From a virus, in the IMG/VR virus record IMGVR_UViG_3300045988_054873: a DNA stretch of 37,747 bases; one strand, 5' to 3'. The position numbers were made by a program, and so were the translations under genes. Positions within the stretch are counted from its first letter, which is position 1. Each line of letters starts with the position of its first letter. Below are positions 1 through 9,400 of the stretch, in pieces. The notes below the pieces were generated by a model, which had not been told where the DNA came from, did not search any database, and saw only the letters and a list, made by a program, of their open reading frames with translations.

Positions 1-99
1 CCTGATTTCTGCCGGAAAGTCTCTGTATACCTCATTCATGTCTACTCTACCATTAATTCCCGGAACAGAACCATCACTGGAATACTGCCAGATATCATA
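1..99. repeat. Terminal direct repeat, identical to 37649..37747 (circular-assembly overlap or terminal redundancy)
   Basis: cctgatttctgccggaaagtctctg...ctgccagatatcata occurs at both window ends (99/99 by eye). Confidence 0.95.
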
Positions 100-594
100 G
101 GATCCGGATATACCTACCGGTTTCTGGCTGGAATACCGTGCAACCCACTTCGTAAAGCGATCCAGTTTGTTCCCGATGTACTTCTGGTACCAATACTGGC
201 CGGAATAGATGCCGCACCAGTAACCGGCAGCCTCGATAATGTCGCCAAATACAATTCCGTTCTGGACTGCCACCGACTCTGTGCCTCGCTGTTCCAGATC
301 GTAATAGATCGGATAGGACATCTTGCCTTTATACGGAGCAACCAGTCTGAGGGCATGTGCTGCCTCGCTCTTAGCCTGTGCCGTGGTCTTGGCATATGAA
401 TAGATATACACACCCCACGGAATTCCCAAGCGTGTACACTCATCTGCGTTGCGTTTGAACTGCTTGTCGTCCTGGGATGCGATATTGTCTCCGTATCCGC
501 ATCGGATAATTGCGCCCTGGATTCCGGCCGCTTTGACCTTGTTCCAGTCGATCACACCATTGTGATAACTCACGTCTACGATTAATTTACTCAA
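1..594 (-). CDS. Endolysin, 5' portion: GH25 muramidase domain (gene continues across the circular junction into 37648..36824)
   Basis: Manual minus-strand translation from TTG at 594 (SD AAGGAGG 604-610; the start overlaps the upstream stop, TTGAGTAA). Translation: LSKLIVDVSYHNGVIDWNKVKAAGIQGAIIRCGYGDN...IPWGVYIYSYA...YPIYYDLEQ...WVARYSSQKP...YDIWQYSSDGSVPGINGRVDMNEVY, which are GH25 hallmarks. The ORF runs off base 1, so it is absent from the supplied track. 594+825 nt = 1419 nt (472 aa), in frame. Confidence 0.85.
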   Translation of the reverse strand, partial: MSKLIVDVSYHNGVIDWNKVKAAGIQGAIIRCGYGDNIASQDDKQFKRNADECTRLGIPWGVYIYSYAKTTAQAKSEAAHALRLVAPYKGKMSYPIYYDLEQRGTESVAVQNGIVFGDIIEAAGYWCGIYSGQYWYQKYIGNKLDRFTKWVARYSSQKPVGISGSYDIWQYSSDGSVPGINGRVDMNEVYRDFPAEIR

Positions 595-763
595 ACCAAC
601 CGCCCTCCTTCAACTCTGCTTTCTTCTGTTCAATCTCTGCTGCATGATCCGCCTCGAATTTCTGCGCCTCTTCCAGAGTCATTTCTTCGAGCTCTGCAAC
701 TTTCTCCGCTGTATAACCGTAAGCGAAACTCTTTACGATTTCCTGTACTGTCTGCTCTGTCAT
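587..763 (-). CDS. Hypothetical small acidic protein (58 aa), translationally coupled to the endolysin
   Basis: ATG at 763 preceded by AAAGGAG plus 6 nt. MTEQTVQEIVKSFAYGYTAEKVAELEEMTLEEAQKFEADHAAEIEQKKAELKEGGWFE. Its stop overlaps the endolysin TTG start. Confidence 0.6.
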   Translation of the reverse strand: MTEQTVQEIVKSFAYGYTAEKVAELEEMTLEEAQKFEADHAAEIEQKKAELKEGGWFE

Positions 764-784
764 TTTCTGCTCCTTTCTTTGCAT

Positions 785-813
785 ACAAAAAGAGAGCCAA
801 CATTTGACTCTCT
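785..813 (-). terminator. Intrinsic terminator-like hairpin (minus strand)
   Basis: Minus-strand RNA AGAGAGUC-AAAUGUU-GGCUCUCU followed by UUUUGU (8-bp stem, one G-U). It lies immediately upstream of the SD of ORF 587..763. Confidence 0.6.
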
Positions 814-822
814 AAAAAATGA

Positions 823-851
823 TTGATATTTACTAATATATGCCATATAAT
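823..851 (+). promoter_or_regulatory. Sigma-70/SigA-type promoter for a plus-strand small RNA
   Basis: TTGATA (823-828), 17 nt, TATAAT (846-851). Confidence 0.55.
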
Positions 852-857
852 ACAAGT

Positions 858-952
858 AGAAAGAGCAATCGCCCACAAGGTGGGTTGACCTCGAATTATA
901 TGGTATATAGAATCACCACTCCTTCGCTCGCCAAAGTTCCGGGGTGGTTTTT
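858..952 (+). ncRNA. Putative ~95-nt antisense small RNA (type I antitoxin candidate)
   Basis: Runs from the promoter at 823-851 to the stem CCACTCC(916-922)/GGGGTGG(941-947) plus T5 (948-952). Contains hairpin CCCAC-AAG-GTGGG (872-884). No convincing ORF or SD. Convergent with the 30-aa peptide ORF. Confidence 0.35.
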
Positions 953-967
953 CTATGCTTTAAAACA

Positions 968-1060
968 TTATCTGATAAACGTAAAAACGAATGTCAGCAA
1001 TGCAAGAACGAACATGCCAAACGCCATAAGGTCGTTGAAATCAAAATGATTATTGTCCAT
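968..1060 (-). CDS. 30-aa hydrophobic peptide, holin-like type I toxin candidate (TxpA/BsrG-like)
   Basis: ATG at 1060 with SD GGGGGTGG 5 nt upstream. MDNNHFDFNDLMAFGMFVLALLTFVFTFIR has a single TM segment. Below the 60-aa cutoff of the ORF track. Confidence 0.5.
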   Translation of the reverse strand: MDNNHFDFNDLMAFGMFVLALLTFVFTFIR

Positions 1061-1125
1061 CAGCACCACCCCCATTCTATGTAGAATAGAGGTCAGCCAC
1101 CCTGCAACACGATTGCTCTGAATCT

Positions 1126-1154
1126 ATCTTATCATCATTTCTGCGTTACTTCAA
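1126..1154 (-). promoter_or_regulatory. Promoter-like element for the peptide mRNA (extended -10)
   Basis: Minus strand TTGAAG (1154-1149), 17 nt, TAAGAT (1131-1126) preceded by TGa. Lies directly after the holin stop. Confidence 0.4.
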
Positions 1155-1158
1155 TTTA

Positions 1159-1452
1159 TTATTCTTCTTTTCCTGCCTGCTTAATAATCTGATTCACATA
1201 CGTACTCAATCCGGCCGTTAGAATACCCTGAACGATCGAAGTGAATACCGCCATTGCCATTTCCTGACCGGTTCCGATCGGGCAACTCGCCCAGACCCAG
1301 ACAGCACACAAAGCGATTCCACATCCACCAAGAATCAACGGGATATTCTTATCAGCTACGGCCTGTGCTTTCTTCAAAGCCATTCCGACAAAGTACAGCA
1401 CCACTGCTACAACTACCAGTTCCGGTTTAATATAATTCATAATCTGTTCCAT
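1159..1452 (-). CDS. Holin (phi LC3 / phage_holin_5-like)
   Basis: 97 aa. MEQIMNYIKPELVVVAVVLYFVGMALKKAQAVADKNIPLILGGCGIALCAV... has multiple TM helices and a charged C-terminus. The N-terminal motif is typical of the LC3-family holins, and the gene sits in the lysis region. Confidence 0.8.
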   Translation of the reverse strand: MEQIMNYIKPELVVVAVVLYFVGMALKKAQAVADKNIPLILGGCGIALCAVWVWASCPIGTGQEMAMAVFTSIVQGILTAGLSTYVNQIIKQAGKEE

Positions 1453-1461
1453 GTTGTTTTC

Positions 1462-1836
1462 CTACCTTTCTTTTTCTTTCTTCTTAAGATGCAGCTCTTC
1501 AATCTCGTGCATCATCTTCGTTATCATCCCATTACCTCCCAATTCATGATACGCCTCGTACATTTCACAGAAATTCTGGTATGCATAGGACGGAATCTCT
1601 CCGATCTTCATGTACTTGTCATGATACTCGATCAGTTGGACCCGTAGCAGGAGCATTGTACCCTTGCTGTTGGCCAACCTTTCCTCTGCCTCCTTGGCGA
1701 TGCGATCATTTCTTTCCTTGGCATCTGCGATCTTCTGTTTTTTCTGCTCCTGAAGGAGCCAAATTATGTACCCCATAATGGCAGTTAAAAAGATCGGCAG
1801 GGCAATGAGATAAGTTTGAAACAAAAACTCTTTCAA
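1462..1836 (-). CDS. Membrane-anchored coiled-coil protein (N-terminal TM), function unknown, possibly lysis-associated
   Basis: TTG at 1836 with GGAAGGAGG 6 nt upstream, directly after the Tal stop. (M)KEFLFQTYLIALPIFLTAIMGYIIWLLQEQKKQK... The longer track ORF (to 2010) overlaps Tal and lacks an SD. Confidence 0.6.
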   Translation of the reverse strand: MKEFLFQTYLIALPIFLTAIMGYIIWLLQEQKKQKIADAKERNDRIAKEAEERLANSKGTMLLLRVQLIEYHDKYMKIGEIPSYAYQNFCEMYEAYHELGGNGMITKMMHEIEELHLKKKEKER

Positions 1837-1849
1837 GCTTGCCTCCTTC

Positions 1850-4800
1850 CTAATTTGGGAAAAATATGACGCTGAATTTCCACTGCTCCAATGTTTTTGC
1901 AGCACCACTGTTCTGGTAGAATCTTCCAGTGATCGTATTGCCTTTTGATACAGGGATGGCGATACATCCCGACGACCAAAGCCTTGCCGTTGATCCTGTA
2001 GTGGTTTCAAAGTTCATATATTCAGCCCCATTCAATAGCAACCCGGCAATTCTTCTCACCACGCTAGAAGTTCCCATACCAGAAAATAGTCCTCCCAGCG
2101 AAACAAGCGCGTATCCGTTGCTAGGTACGTTATAAACCGCAACATTTGAAAAACTACCATTTGCTAAAGATACATTTGTTCCGGACTTGCTATAAAATTT
2201 AGGGAGCCTGTAATGTGCTCCACCAAGTGTCTGTCCGGAACTATTGGTAACATCTCCCCCTTTTGCTTTGATGCCGCCGGTTACGTAAAATGATCCATCT
2301 GTCAGTTGCAAATACGCATCCTTATACGTCCCACTTGAATTGAAACCATACATCCGAAGCGTATTATTACAAGAACCAATATAGCCAGTCAGCCCCTTGT
2401 TTCCTGATGGAAATTTAAGGTGACCATTATCTCCGGCAGATCCCCGAGGATTGATGGTGACATCAGAGTCCATGACAGCGCCGGATTTATTCACCTTATT
2501 ATTAAAAGATGTAGGAGTAATGCTCACTTTGACTTTGTCGCTATCCTGAAGTAATATCTCTCCTCTTCCTACTGATGTCCCAGCTGGTATTATATCCTGC
2601 ATACTCGTCTGTGCGCCAACCGCTAACCCATCATTTCCTAATGTTGACATTGTTCCATCTGAATTTGTTATAGTAATTTCTCTTAACGATGGATTAAGCT
2701 CGATAGTTGTAATATTTGTGATGCTCGGCATTTCATCATTGATCGTATATTCCTCTGTTTCAATCGATAATACTCCGTTTTCAATTTTCGTTAATCCCTC
2801 AAATACGTACCGTTCATCTTCTTTGTGGAACTTATTGTTAAACACCGATCCGTTAATCTCCACACCATTGATCTGCCCGGCATTAACAATCCCAAGATCT
2901 GCCGTGATCGCAGACAACTGATCCACTTCGATGTTCTCCGCCACGAACTTATACAACTGCCACGCACTTCCATCCCATCGGTAAGTTGCATTCTGGATCA
3001 GACCTTCCACGGTTCCGGTGTGTTTCCACAACATTCCTTCCGTCTTTTCTTCCGGTTCTGTATCAGACACTTCGATTTTTCCGGCATCTCCTTTTTCACC
3101 CTGATCCCCTTTCGGTCCTTTGATATTTCCGATATATGCCCACTTTGCTACGTCTGCCGCACCGGCACGCACACAGGCATACAGGTTGCCGGTAAATGGA
3201 TTCACATACCGGTCATTGACTCTTGCGTCACTGATTCCTGACTCTGGGAAGATCATTCCGTCTGTACTGGTTCCCAGCAGCTTATCTCCGGCATACCATT
3301 CACTGCCACGGGTTCCATCCTCTCCTTTCAGCGTTGGCGTGGTCTGTTCCCCGTTTTTATCTGTGATCGTCAGGGATGTGTCCGGATTCACCTTGATGAT
3401 CGGACTGACTCCATCCTCTCCGGCTTTTCCCGGTTCTCCGTCTGCGCCTTTCTCTCCGTCGTTCACATTGCTGACCGTCACCTCATACTGTCCCCGGAAG
3501 ATTCCACCGGAATCCGTTGCTTCAAACCGGTAGGTCACTTTGTCTGGCACATCCGCAGCGTTCACTGTGACCTCTGCACCTAAACTCAGTTCTTCTCCAT
3601 CCTTATACCATTGGATATTGAACTGATCCGCAATGTTCAGACCACCATTCTTCACAACAGCTATCAGCGTGGTAGAACCTTCCCCATTCTTGAACACGAT
3701 CCCATTACTGGAGATCACCGAACAGGTATAGACTCGATTGGCAGCAATCAGATTATTGACCTGCTGCAACAGCTCCGGATCAATCTGGGACTGCAGTTCC
3801 TCATAATTGGAGAATGTCGTCTTATTTTTTGTCTCATCTGTCAGGCTTTCTACCTGCTCTTTCACTCGTGCCTGCAAGTACAGTGGCGGATTGAACTCTT
3901 CGTCGATAATCGTGAAAGTATCCCCCACATGAGCATCCACATATCCTTCCACTTCATAGCTCAGCTTCGGCACGCATCCTTTCTTCAGCTCCGCCAGTGC
4001 CTGACCGTATAAGGTATTCACGTTGTCCGTATCATAATTCCAGACCTTTGCGATATACCGGTCATTGGCCGAGCTCAACAAATTGGACGGAAAACGGTCT
4101 CTTGCCTGTGGTGCCAGAATGTTCCTGTTGCCTGCGGCGGTCATGTATTCTACGTTTCCATTTTCATCATATTCCGTCTTCGCCAGACTGGTAACAGTTA
4201 AGTTATCCCGACCAAACGGCCGGATTGCCGTAAACAGTTCCGTAATATCTGACGTCTTAGTAATGCCCTCGATATTAACACCGTACCGCAGACGTTCATC
4301 CGTCCGGTTCTGACCAATCCCCTGCACGGTATCCGAGTGCTGCTTATAGACATTCAGCACAATCTTCTGGAGCGAAAAGTCCGGATTCAATACCGGCACA
4401 AACTCCGCCTCTGCTGAAAACACATTAGCCAGAGAAAAGATCCGGGCAAGGATCGTATCGGATCCCGTCCATTCATGGCTGATCCGTTTGTCTGATACCT
4501 CATTAATTCCCAGCGTGACCGTCTTCTCCCAGTCAAATACTGCCAGGTATTCCGCAAAAGACATGGCTTTCGGGGCCTTGTATGCCGTGTTCTCTTCATT
4601 GAGCAACTCAAAGGACAACGAGTACGCCATTACGTCCACAATTTCCTCATCCTGCGTGGACTGGACAATGTTCAAGTAATAATCCCGGCCGTCTTTCTGG
4701 AAAGCCAACTTGTTTCCTACGGTCAGATACTGAGCATCCTCATGGTCTGCCGGCGCCTTGAACGAAAAGGTATTCGCCGTCCCTTCCAGGTAAGAATGTA

Positions 4801-4900
4801 GCTCGTCATCATAATAATGCAGTGCATCCGGCGCTTCATTATCCATGCGCGCACACACCACATCATGCGTGCTCAGGATCGTTATTCTGATTGATTCCAT
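1850..4900 (-). CDS. Tail-associated/minor structural protein (Tal-like N-terminus) with collagen-like segments and a C-terminal receptor-binding region
   Basis: 1016 aa directly downstream of Dit. The N-terminal ~380 aa resemble the prophage-tail/minor-structural-protein family. G-X-Y runs are GEKGADGEPGKAGEDG, GEDGTRG and GPKGDQGEKGDAGK. Confidence 0.8.
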   Translation of the reverse strand: MESIRITILSTHDVVCARMDNEAPDALHYYDDELHSYLEGTANTFSFKAPADHEDAQYLTVGNKLAFQKDGRDYYLNIVQSTQDEEIVDVMAYSLSFELLNEENTAYKAPKAMSFAEYLAVFDWEKTVTLGINEVSDKRISHEWTGSDTILARIFSLANVFSAEAEFVPVLNPDFSLQKIVLNVYKQHSDTVQGIGQNRTDERLRYGVNIEGITKTSDITELFTAIRPFGRDNLTVTSLAKTEYDENGNVEYMTAAGNRNILAPQARDRFPSNLLSSANDRYIAKVWNYDTDNVNTLYGQALAELKKGCVPKLSYEVEGYVDAHVGDTFTIIDEEFNPPLYLQARVKEQVESLTDETKNKTTFSNYEELQSQIDPELLQQVNNLIAANRVYTCSVISSNGIVFKNGEGSTTLIAVVKNGGLNIADQFNIQWYKDGEELSLGAEVTVNAADVPDKVTYRFEATDSGGIFRGQYEVTVSNVNDGEKGADGEPGKAGEDGVSPIIKVNPDTSLTITDKNGEQTTPTLKGEDGTRGSEWYAGDKLLGTSTDGMIFPESGISDARVNDRYVNPFTGNLYACVRAGAADVAKWAYIGNIKGPKGDQGEKGDAGKIEVSDTEPEEKTEGMLWKHTGTVEGLIQNATYRWDGSAWQLYKFVAENIEVDQLSAITADLGIVNAGQINGVEINGSVFNNKFHKEDERYVFEGLTKIENGVLSIETEEYTINDEMPSITNITTIELNPSLREITITNSDGTMSTLGNDGLAVGAQTSMQDIIPAGTSVGRGEILLQDSDKVKVSITPTSFNNKVNKSGAVMDSDVTINPRGSAGDNGHLKFPSGNKGLTGYIGSCNNTLRMYGFNSSGTYKDAYLQLTDGSFYVTGGIKAKGGDVTNSSGQTLGGAHYRLPKFYSKSGTNVSLANGSFSNVAVYNVPSNGYALVSLGGLFSGMGTSSVVRRIAGLLLNGAEYMNFETTTGSTARLWSSGCIAIPVSKGNTITGRFYQNSGAAKTLEQWKFSVIFFPN

Positions 4901-6433
4901 TTATATATACGCCTCCCTTATTCTTGCTGTGATCGTCGGGGCCGGACTGCTGAAGGAAGAATAGTAGAACCGCACCTTCGTTTCTCCCGGCGGCACCTTA
5001 AAATATTTGGAACCCAACACTTCATCATCCAGAGACGGGATCCCATCCACATAAACCTTTGCCGCACTTCCCTCGATGCTGACCTTACTTCCTGCCCGGT
5101 ACCGGTTTGGAATATCATACAGATAAGTCACGTTGTCTTTTCGGAAAAAGGTGTCCCGAAAATACATTCTGGTTACAAGGTTATTAAGTCCACGATCTCC
5201 AAACTGCCCCGCGCATAACGTCAGTGTTAACGCCTTCGTATTCTTCAGTGCCGGATACCGGAACTGATATTTCTGTCCTGCAAAATAGAACTCAAACAGT
5301 TCTCCCATCTTCCGGATATAAATGTTAGAGCCGCCGTTTCCGGTGCTTGACCAGTTGGTCGGCTCATATTTGATTCGCTTGATCTCTTTTTCCTGCACCT
5401 GCATGACCATAGATGCCGTATTATCCGTGGTGCTCCGTTTTACGAAATGCATGGAAGCCAGATGCTTGCCACTGGCATCTCCAATAACCATCTGCAAGGT
5501 TCCGGTTTGAGGAACCAGACCAGTCTCTGCTGCAATCCTTGTCTGCGCCAGAAAACTGGATGCGCCTGTCTGTCCGCTTGAATCAGCCGGAAGCGTGATC
5601 GTCTTCGTTGCTCCATGCCAGGAGGGACCGGAACCTACATTGGTGAGCCCCAACCAGTCCATTCCTTTTAAGACATATCTTCCCCAGGTTCCGTTCTTCG
5701 GATATTCGGAATGACCGCCATCCCACATACCCTGATTATCGGTCATGGAAGCATAGTCCTCATAATTCTTATAACTGGCCAGAATCTGCGACTTCTGCCT
5801 TGTCTCCTTATCCACCTCGTCAGCATTTCCCAGTTGGATTGCACCATACTCTGACACGATCCCGAGGTAACCATTTTCGTGATTGTGAGTAATCTCGTAA
5901 TCCACTGCCGCCGAAACCGAACCGTCATTGACGATCGTCACTTCCAGAATCCCGTCACTGTTTGCCTCCGCCGTGAAACTCTTCTCGTCCACTGCATATT
6001 TACGTGGATCCGTGCAGTAAATCACAAAGGTTCCCGTCACATTTAGCTGACCTTCCGGTACACTGCCGACACCTTTCTTTGTCCCGATAAAATACTTGTC
6101 CGGCTCATCCAGAAAGACCAGTCTTGCCTGTTCAAATTCCAGAAGCGCGCACAGCTTGTTGTATCTCTCCCGAAATTCTCTTGGCGAAGAAGACAACAGC
6201 TGATACGTCACCGTAATTTCTCTGGGCGGTCTTCGCTTGTATCGGTACTGGGAACCGGTCATGTGGCCGATCTCCAGCTCCCCAATCTCAGACTCTAGCA
6301 ATTCCCGGCCGCTGACGCTCAGCGTGGTATAGCCTGCGACCTCATTCTCTATATAAGTTCCATTGATGCTCAGAGCCTCCGCTGGGAGACTCTGGCTTTC
6401 CGGATCACCGATCGTATCTGTAAATTTATACAT
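4901..6433 (-). CDS. Distal tail protein (Dit) with extended C-terminal region
   Basis: 510 aa between the tape measure and Tal. The N-terminus (MYKFTDTIG...LSINGTYIEN...GYTTLSVSGRE) is typical of the siphophage tail-component family. Confidence 0.7.
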   Translation of the reverse strand: MYKFTDTIGDPESQSLPAEALSINGTYIENEVAGYTTLSVSGRELLESEIGELEIGHMTGSQYRYKRRPPREITVTYQLLSSSPREFRERYNKLCALLEFEQARLVFLDEPDKYFIGTKKGVGSVPEGQLNVTGTFVIYCTDPRKYAVDEKSFTAEANSDGILEVTIVNDGSVSAAVDYEITHNHENGYLGIVSEYGAIQLGNADEVDKETRQKSQILASYKNYEDYASMTDNQGMWDGGHSEYPKNGTWGRYVLKGMDWLGLTNVGSGPSWHGATKTITLPADSSGQTGASSFLAQTRIAAETGLVPQTGTLQMVIGDASGKHLASMHFVKRSTTDNTASMVMQVQEKEIKRIKYEPTNWSSTGNGGSNIYIRKMGELFEFYFAGQKYQFRYPALKNTKALTLTLCAGQFGDRGLNNLVTRMYFRDTFFRKDNVTYLYDIPNRYRAGSKVSIEGSAAKVYVDGIPSLDDEVLGSKYFKVPPGETKVRFYYSSFSSPAPTITARIREAYI

Positions 6434-6444
6434 CCTGTGACCTC

Positions 6445-9400
6445 CTATCGTTTTCCTGTGATATACTTCCTGACTTTTGCGTCATTATTGTTCTTTTCCT
6501 GGACGTATCTGGCAGTGCCGTAACCGACCTCACGACCATCCATATCCACTCTGGTTTCCAGATGGATCGTCCGCTCTTTCACCTCGTCCAGTTTTTCCCG
6601 AATGTTCTGTAATTCTGCTACGATACTGCTTCCGTCATCCTGATATGCCATATTCAGGCTTCCGTATCCTGCAAAGCTGTACTGCATCCGTGTACCACCA
6701 AAATCAGCAGCCAAAACAGGCGTTGCGGCATTTGCCAGCTTCTTGCTTGCTTTTTCCACATAAGGCAGCATTTTCAGGAGTCCGTTTCCAAGTCCTTCCG
6801 ATCCCCATGCACCTATCTTTTCCAGTACCTTAGACGGTGATCCGATTTTCAAGGCACTGCTGATGGTTGTTGCTACCCGGTTCGCAATTCCTGCCGCTGT
6901 CGCATACACAGAGCCACTTCCTGCCACAAGACCGTTTCGGAGTCCTGCCATAGCAAACAATCCCATTGAATACAGTCTGGAACTCAATCCGCTGAACGTT
7001 GACACAATCCCGTTCACACCTGTAACACAGACTGCTTTTGACAACGTCATTCCTGCACGAATCGCAGCCGTAAAGGTTGTCATTCCTGCACGAACTTTGT
7101 TCTGGATATTATTCATTTTAGTGCTGACGGTGCTCTCAATCTTACTGAACGTAGATTCGAATGAGGTTGCCGTATTTGCAAGACCGCTGGCTGCTGACGT
7201 ATTGATACTGCTCATCGCAGAATTCACATTATTCGCCATCGCCTGATAATCTCCGCTGGCCGATGCATTTGCCGTGCTTGCACTGCTGACCACATTGGAC
7301 GCCAGATCGTTCATATTTGCCGCACCTGTGCTGCTGATTCCTGACAGACTTCCGGTTACTCCAGCAAGCATGGAATCCGCAGCAGATGTTGCACCGGTAC
7401 TCATTCCATCAAATGCAGCCTGGACGCTTTCCGCCATCTGTGTCGCATTCAGAGTTGCCGTTTCGGTTGTGGCGGATGTATTTGCCTGGACACTCTCCGC
7501 CATTTCCTGAGTCTTCTCTTTTACCTTTTCCGATCCCTCGTCAGTCTTTCCGGTGATCTTATCCCACAGACCACCGAACAGATCTGCAATCCCATCAAAT
7601 ACAGAACTCAACACTTCCGGAATCGCATTCACGATTCCAAGAGCCAGATTTTTAATGATGTCCCAGCCTTTTTGCACAATATCCGGTAACATGGACGCAA
7701 TACCGGCAATGAACGATAACATCAGCTGGAACGCCGCAGTTATAATGGCCGGCAGATTATTAATGATTCCATTGGCAATCGATGCCAGCAGGTCCATTCC
7801 TGCTGTGATCATCTGCGGAAGGAACGTAACAATCGTTGTGATCAGATGATTCAGCACTGTCAGGATCGTTGCTCCGATGTCCTGACTCTGAATTCCTTCC
7901 ACAAATGCCTGAAGCACCTGAATTCCAAGAAGGATAATCTGAGGAATCATGGTAATAATTCCCATCACAAACGTTGCAATCGCATTTACTGCCGCCGGTA
8001 AGATCGTTGGCAAATTCGAAATCAGCCCCTGAACCAGCGCCGCAATAATCTGAAGCCCTGCCGACATAATCGCCGGAAGATTTGCAGTGATTGCATTTAA
8101 CAGATTTACCAAAAGCTCTGTTCCGGCACTTATAAGGGTTGGAATGCTGCTCACGATTCCCTGCGTCAGGTTCTGGATGATCTGAGGACCATTTTGCGTT
8201 GCCATTTTCAGCATTTCATTGATCTGTGTTCCGAACTGAGTCTGGAGTACACCCATTCCGGCCAACGCCACACCTACAATCGCTGCCGGCCCCACCGTCT
8301 TCATGGCAAGGCCAAACACCGTATTCAGTGCAGAGCCTAATTTTCCCAGACCGCTGACTCCGATTTTGGCAGAATTTCCTGCTGCAGTTCCAATTGCCTT
8401 CAGGTTTCCGCTGATCTTGCTTGCATATCTCTGCAATCCTGCCAGTGGAGACTCTGATCCGAAATCAAACATGCCTTTCATTTTTCCCTGCATTCCACTT
8501 GCAGCAGAAACCAGTTTCCCCTGAACCGCCTTCATCCGTGTTGTTGCTTTATCCCCGAACCCTCCAATCTTTTCAAATGCTTTCCCGAAAGGTCCCGGCA
8601 AAGAAGTTGCGATCTGACCGGCATTGCTCAACATTGTCTTGAAATTCCCGGCAAGTTGTTTCGGTGCTGCCGTCACTTTCCCTGTCAGAGAAGACAGACT
8701 GGCCTTCATTCCTGACACCATTCTCTGCACCGGGTTCCCAGAAGATACCCCAATATCCTTATACGCTTTCTTCATTGCGTCTGACATCGACATTCCGGAA
8801 CTCTTGTACACATTTGCAGCTTCCATCACATCTTTTTTGAGAGCGTTTTTTGTCTTACCGCTCTTCTTTGCGATCTTATCAAGTCTCCGCTCAAAGAAAT
8901 CCGTTTCATTTGACACCTTACCGATTCCAGTTTTTAATTTTTCAGCTCCCGCGGTGGCTGCGTCCAATGTTCCCGGCAATAAGTCCAATAACGGCATGAC
9001 TCCTGACATCACGACCGCTCCTGCAAGTGTTGCTCCTAGCTGTGGTAGCAAAGCACCAACATTCGACAGATTCTTAATCCCGTCCGCCACATTATTCAGC
9101 ACACTCTCCGCCGTGTCTCCGAACTTCTTGATGGACTCCCTCATGGTCGGGAACCCATTCTTTTTCAGCATCTCGTCCACTGCGTTGATAATACTTAAGG
9201 TTCCACGGGTAACAGCCGCACGCATATTATCGAAGGTGCCGCTCCAGCTTGCACCGGCTTCTTTCGCTGCTCCGGAGATTTTCTGGACTCCATTGGTTCC
9301 TTCCATCATTGCAGTTTCCACTGTAGACAGGAATTCATCTGCCCGGATCTTGCCTTTTGACAGATCATCCTGCACCGATGCAGAGTCTCGTCCAACAGCC

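Noticed and set aside
114-443. 109-aa minus-strand ORF in the supplied track
   Set aside because: It is off-frame within the GH25 endolysin coding region. Its Arg/His/Pro-rich junk-like sequence has no SD, and the real frame gives clear GH25 motifs.
840-1049. 69-aa plus-strand ORF spanning the holin-endolysin gap
   Set aside because: It has no SD. It runs through the predicted sRNA terminator and is antisense to the 30-aa peptide ORF. Its composition is not protein-like.
1837-2010. Upstream extension of ORF 1462..2010 (182-aa version)
   Set aside because: The extension overlaps the Tal C-terminus in another frame and lacks an SD. A TTG with GGAAGGAGG lies directly after the Tal stop and gives a sensible TM-first protein.
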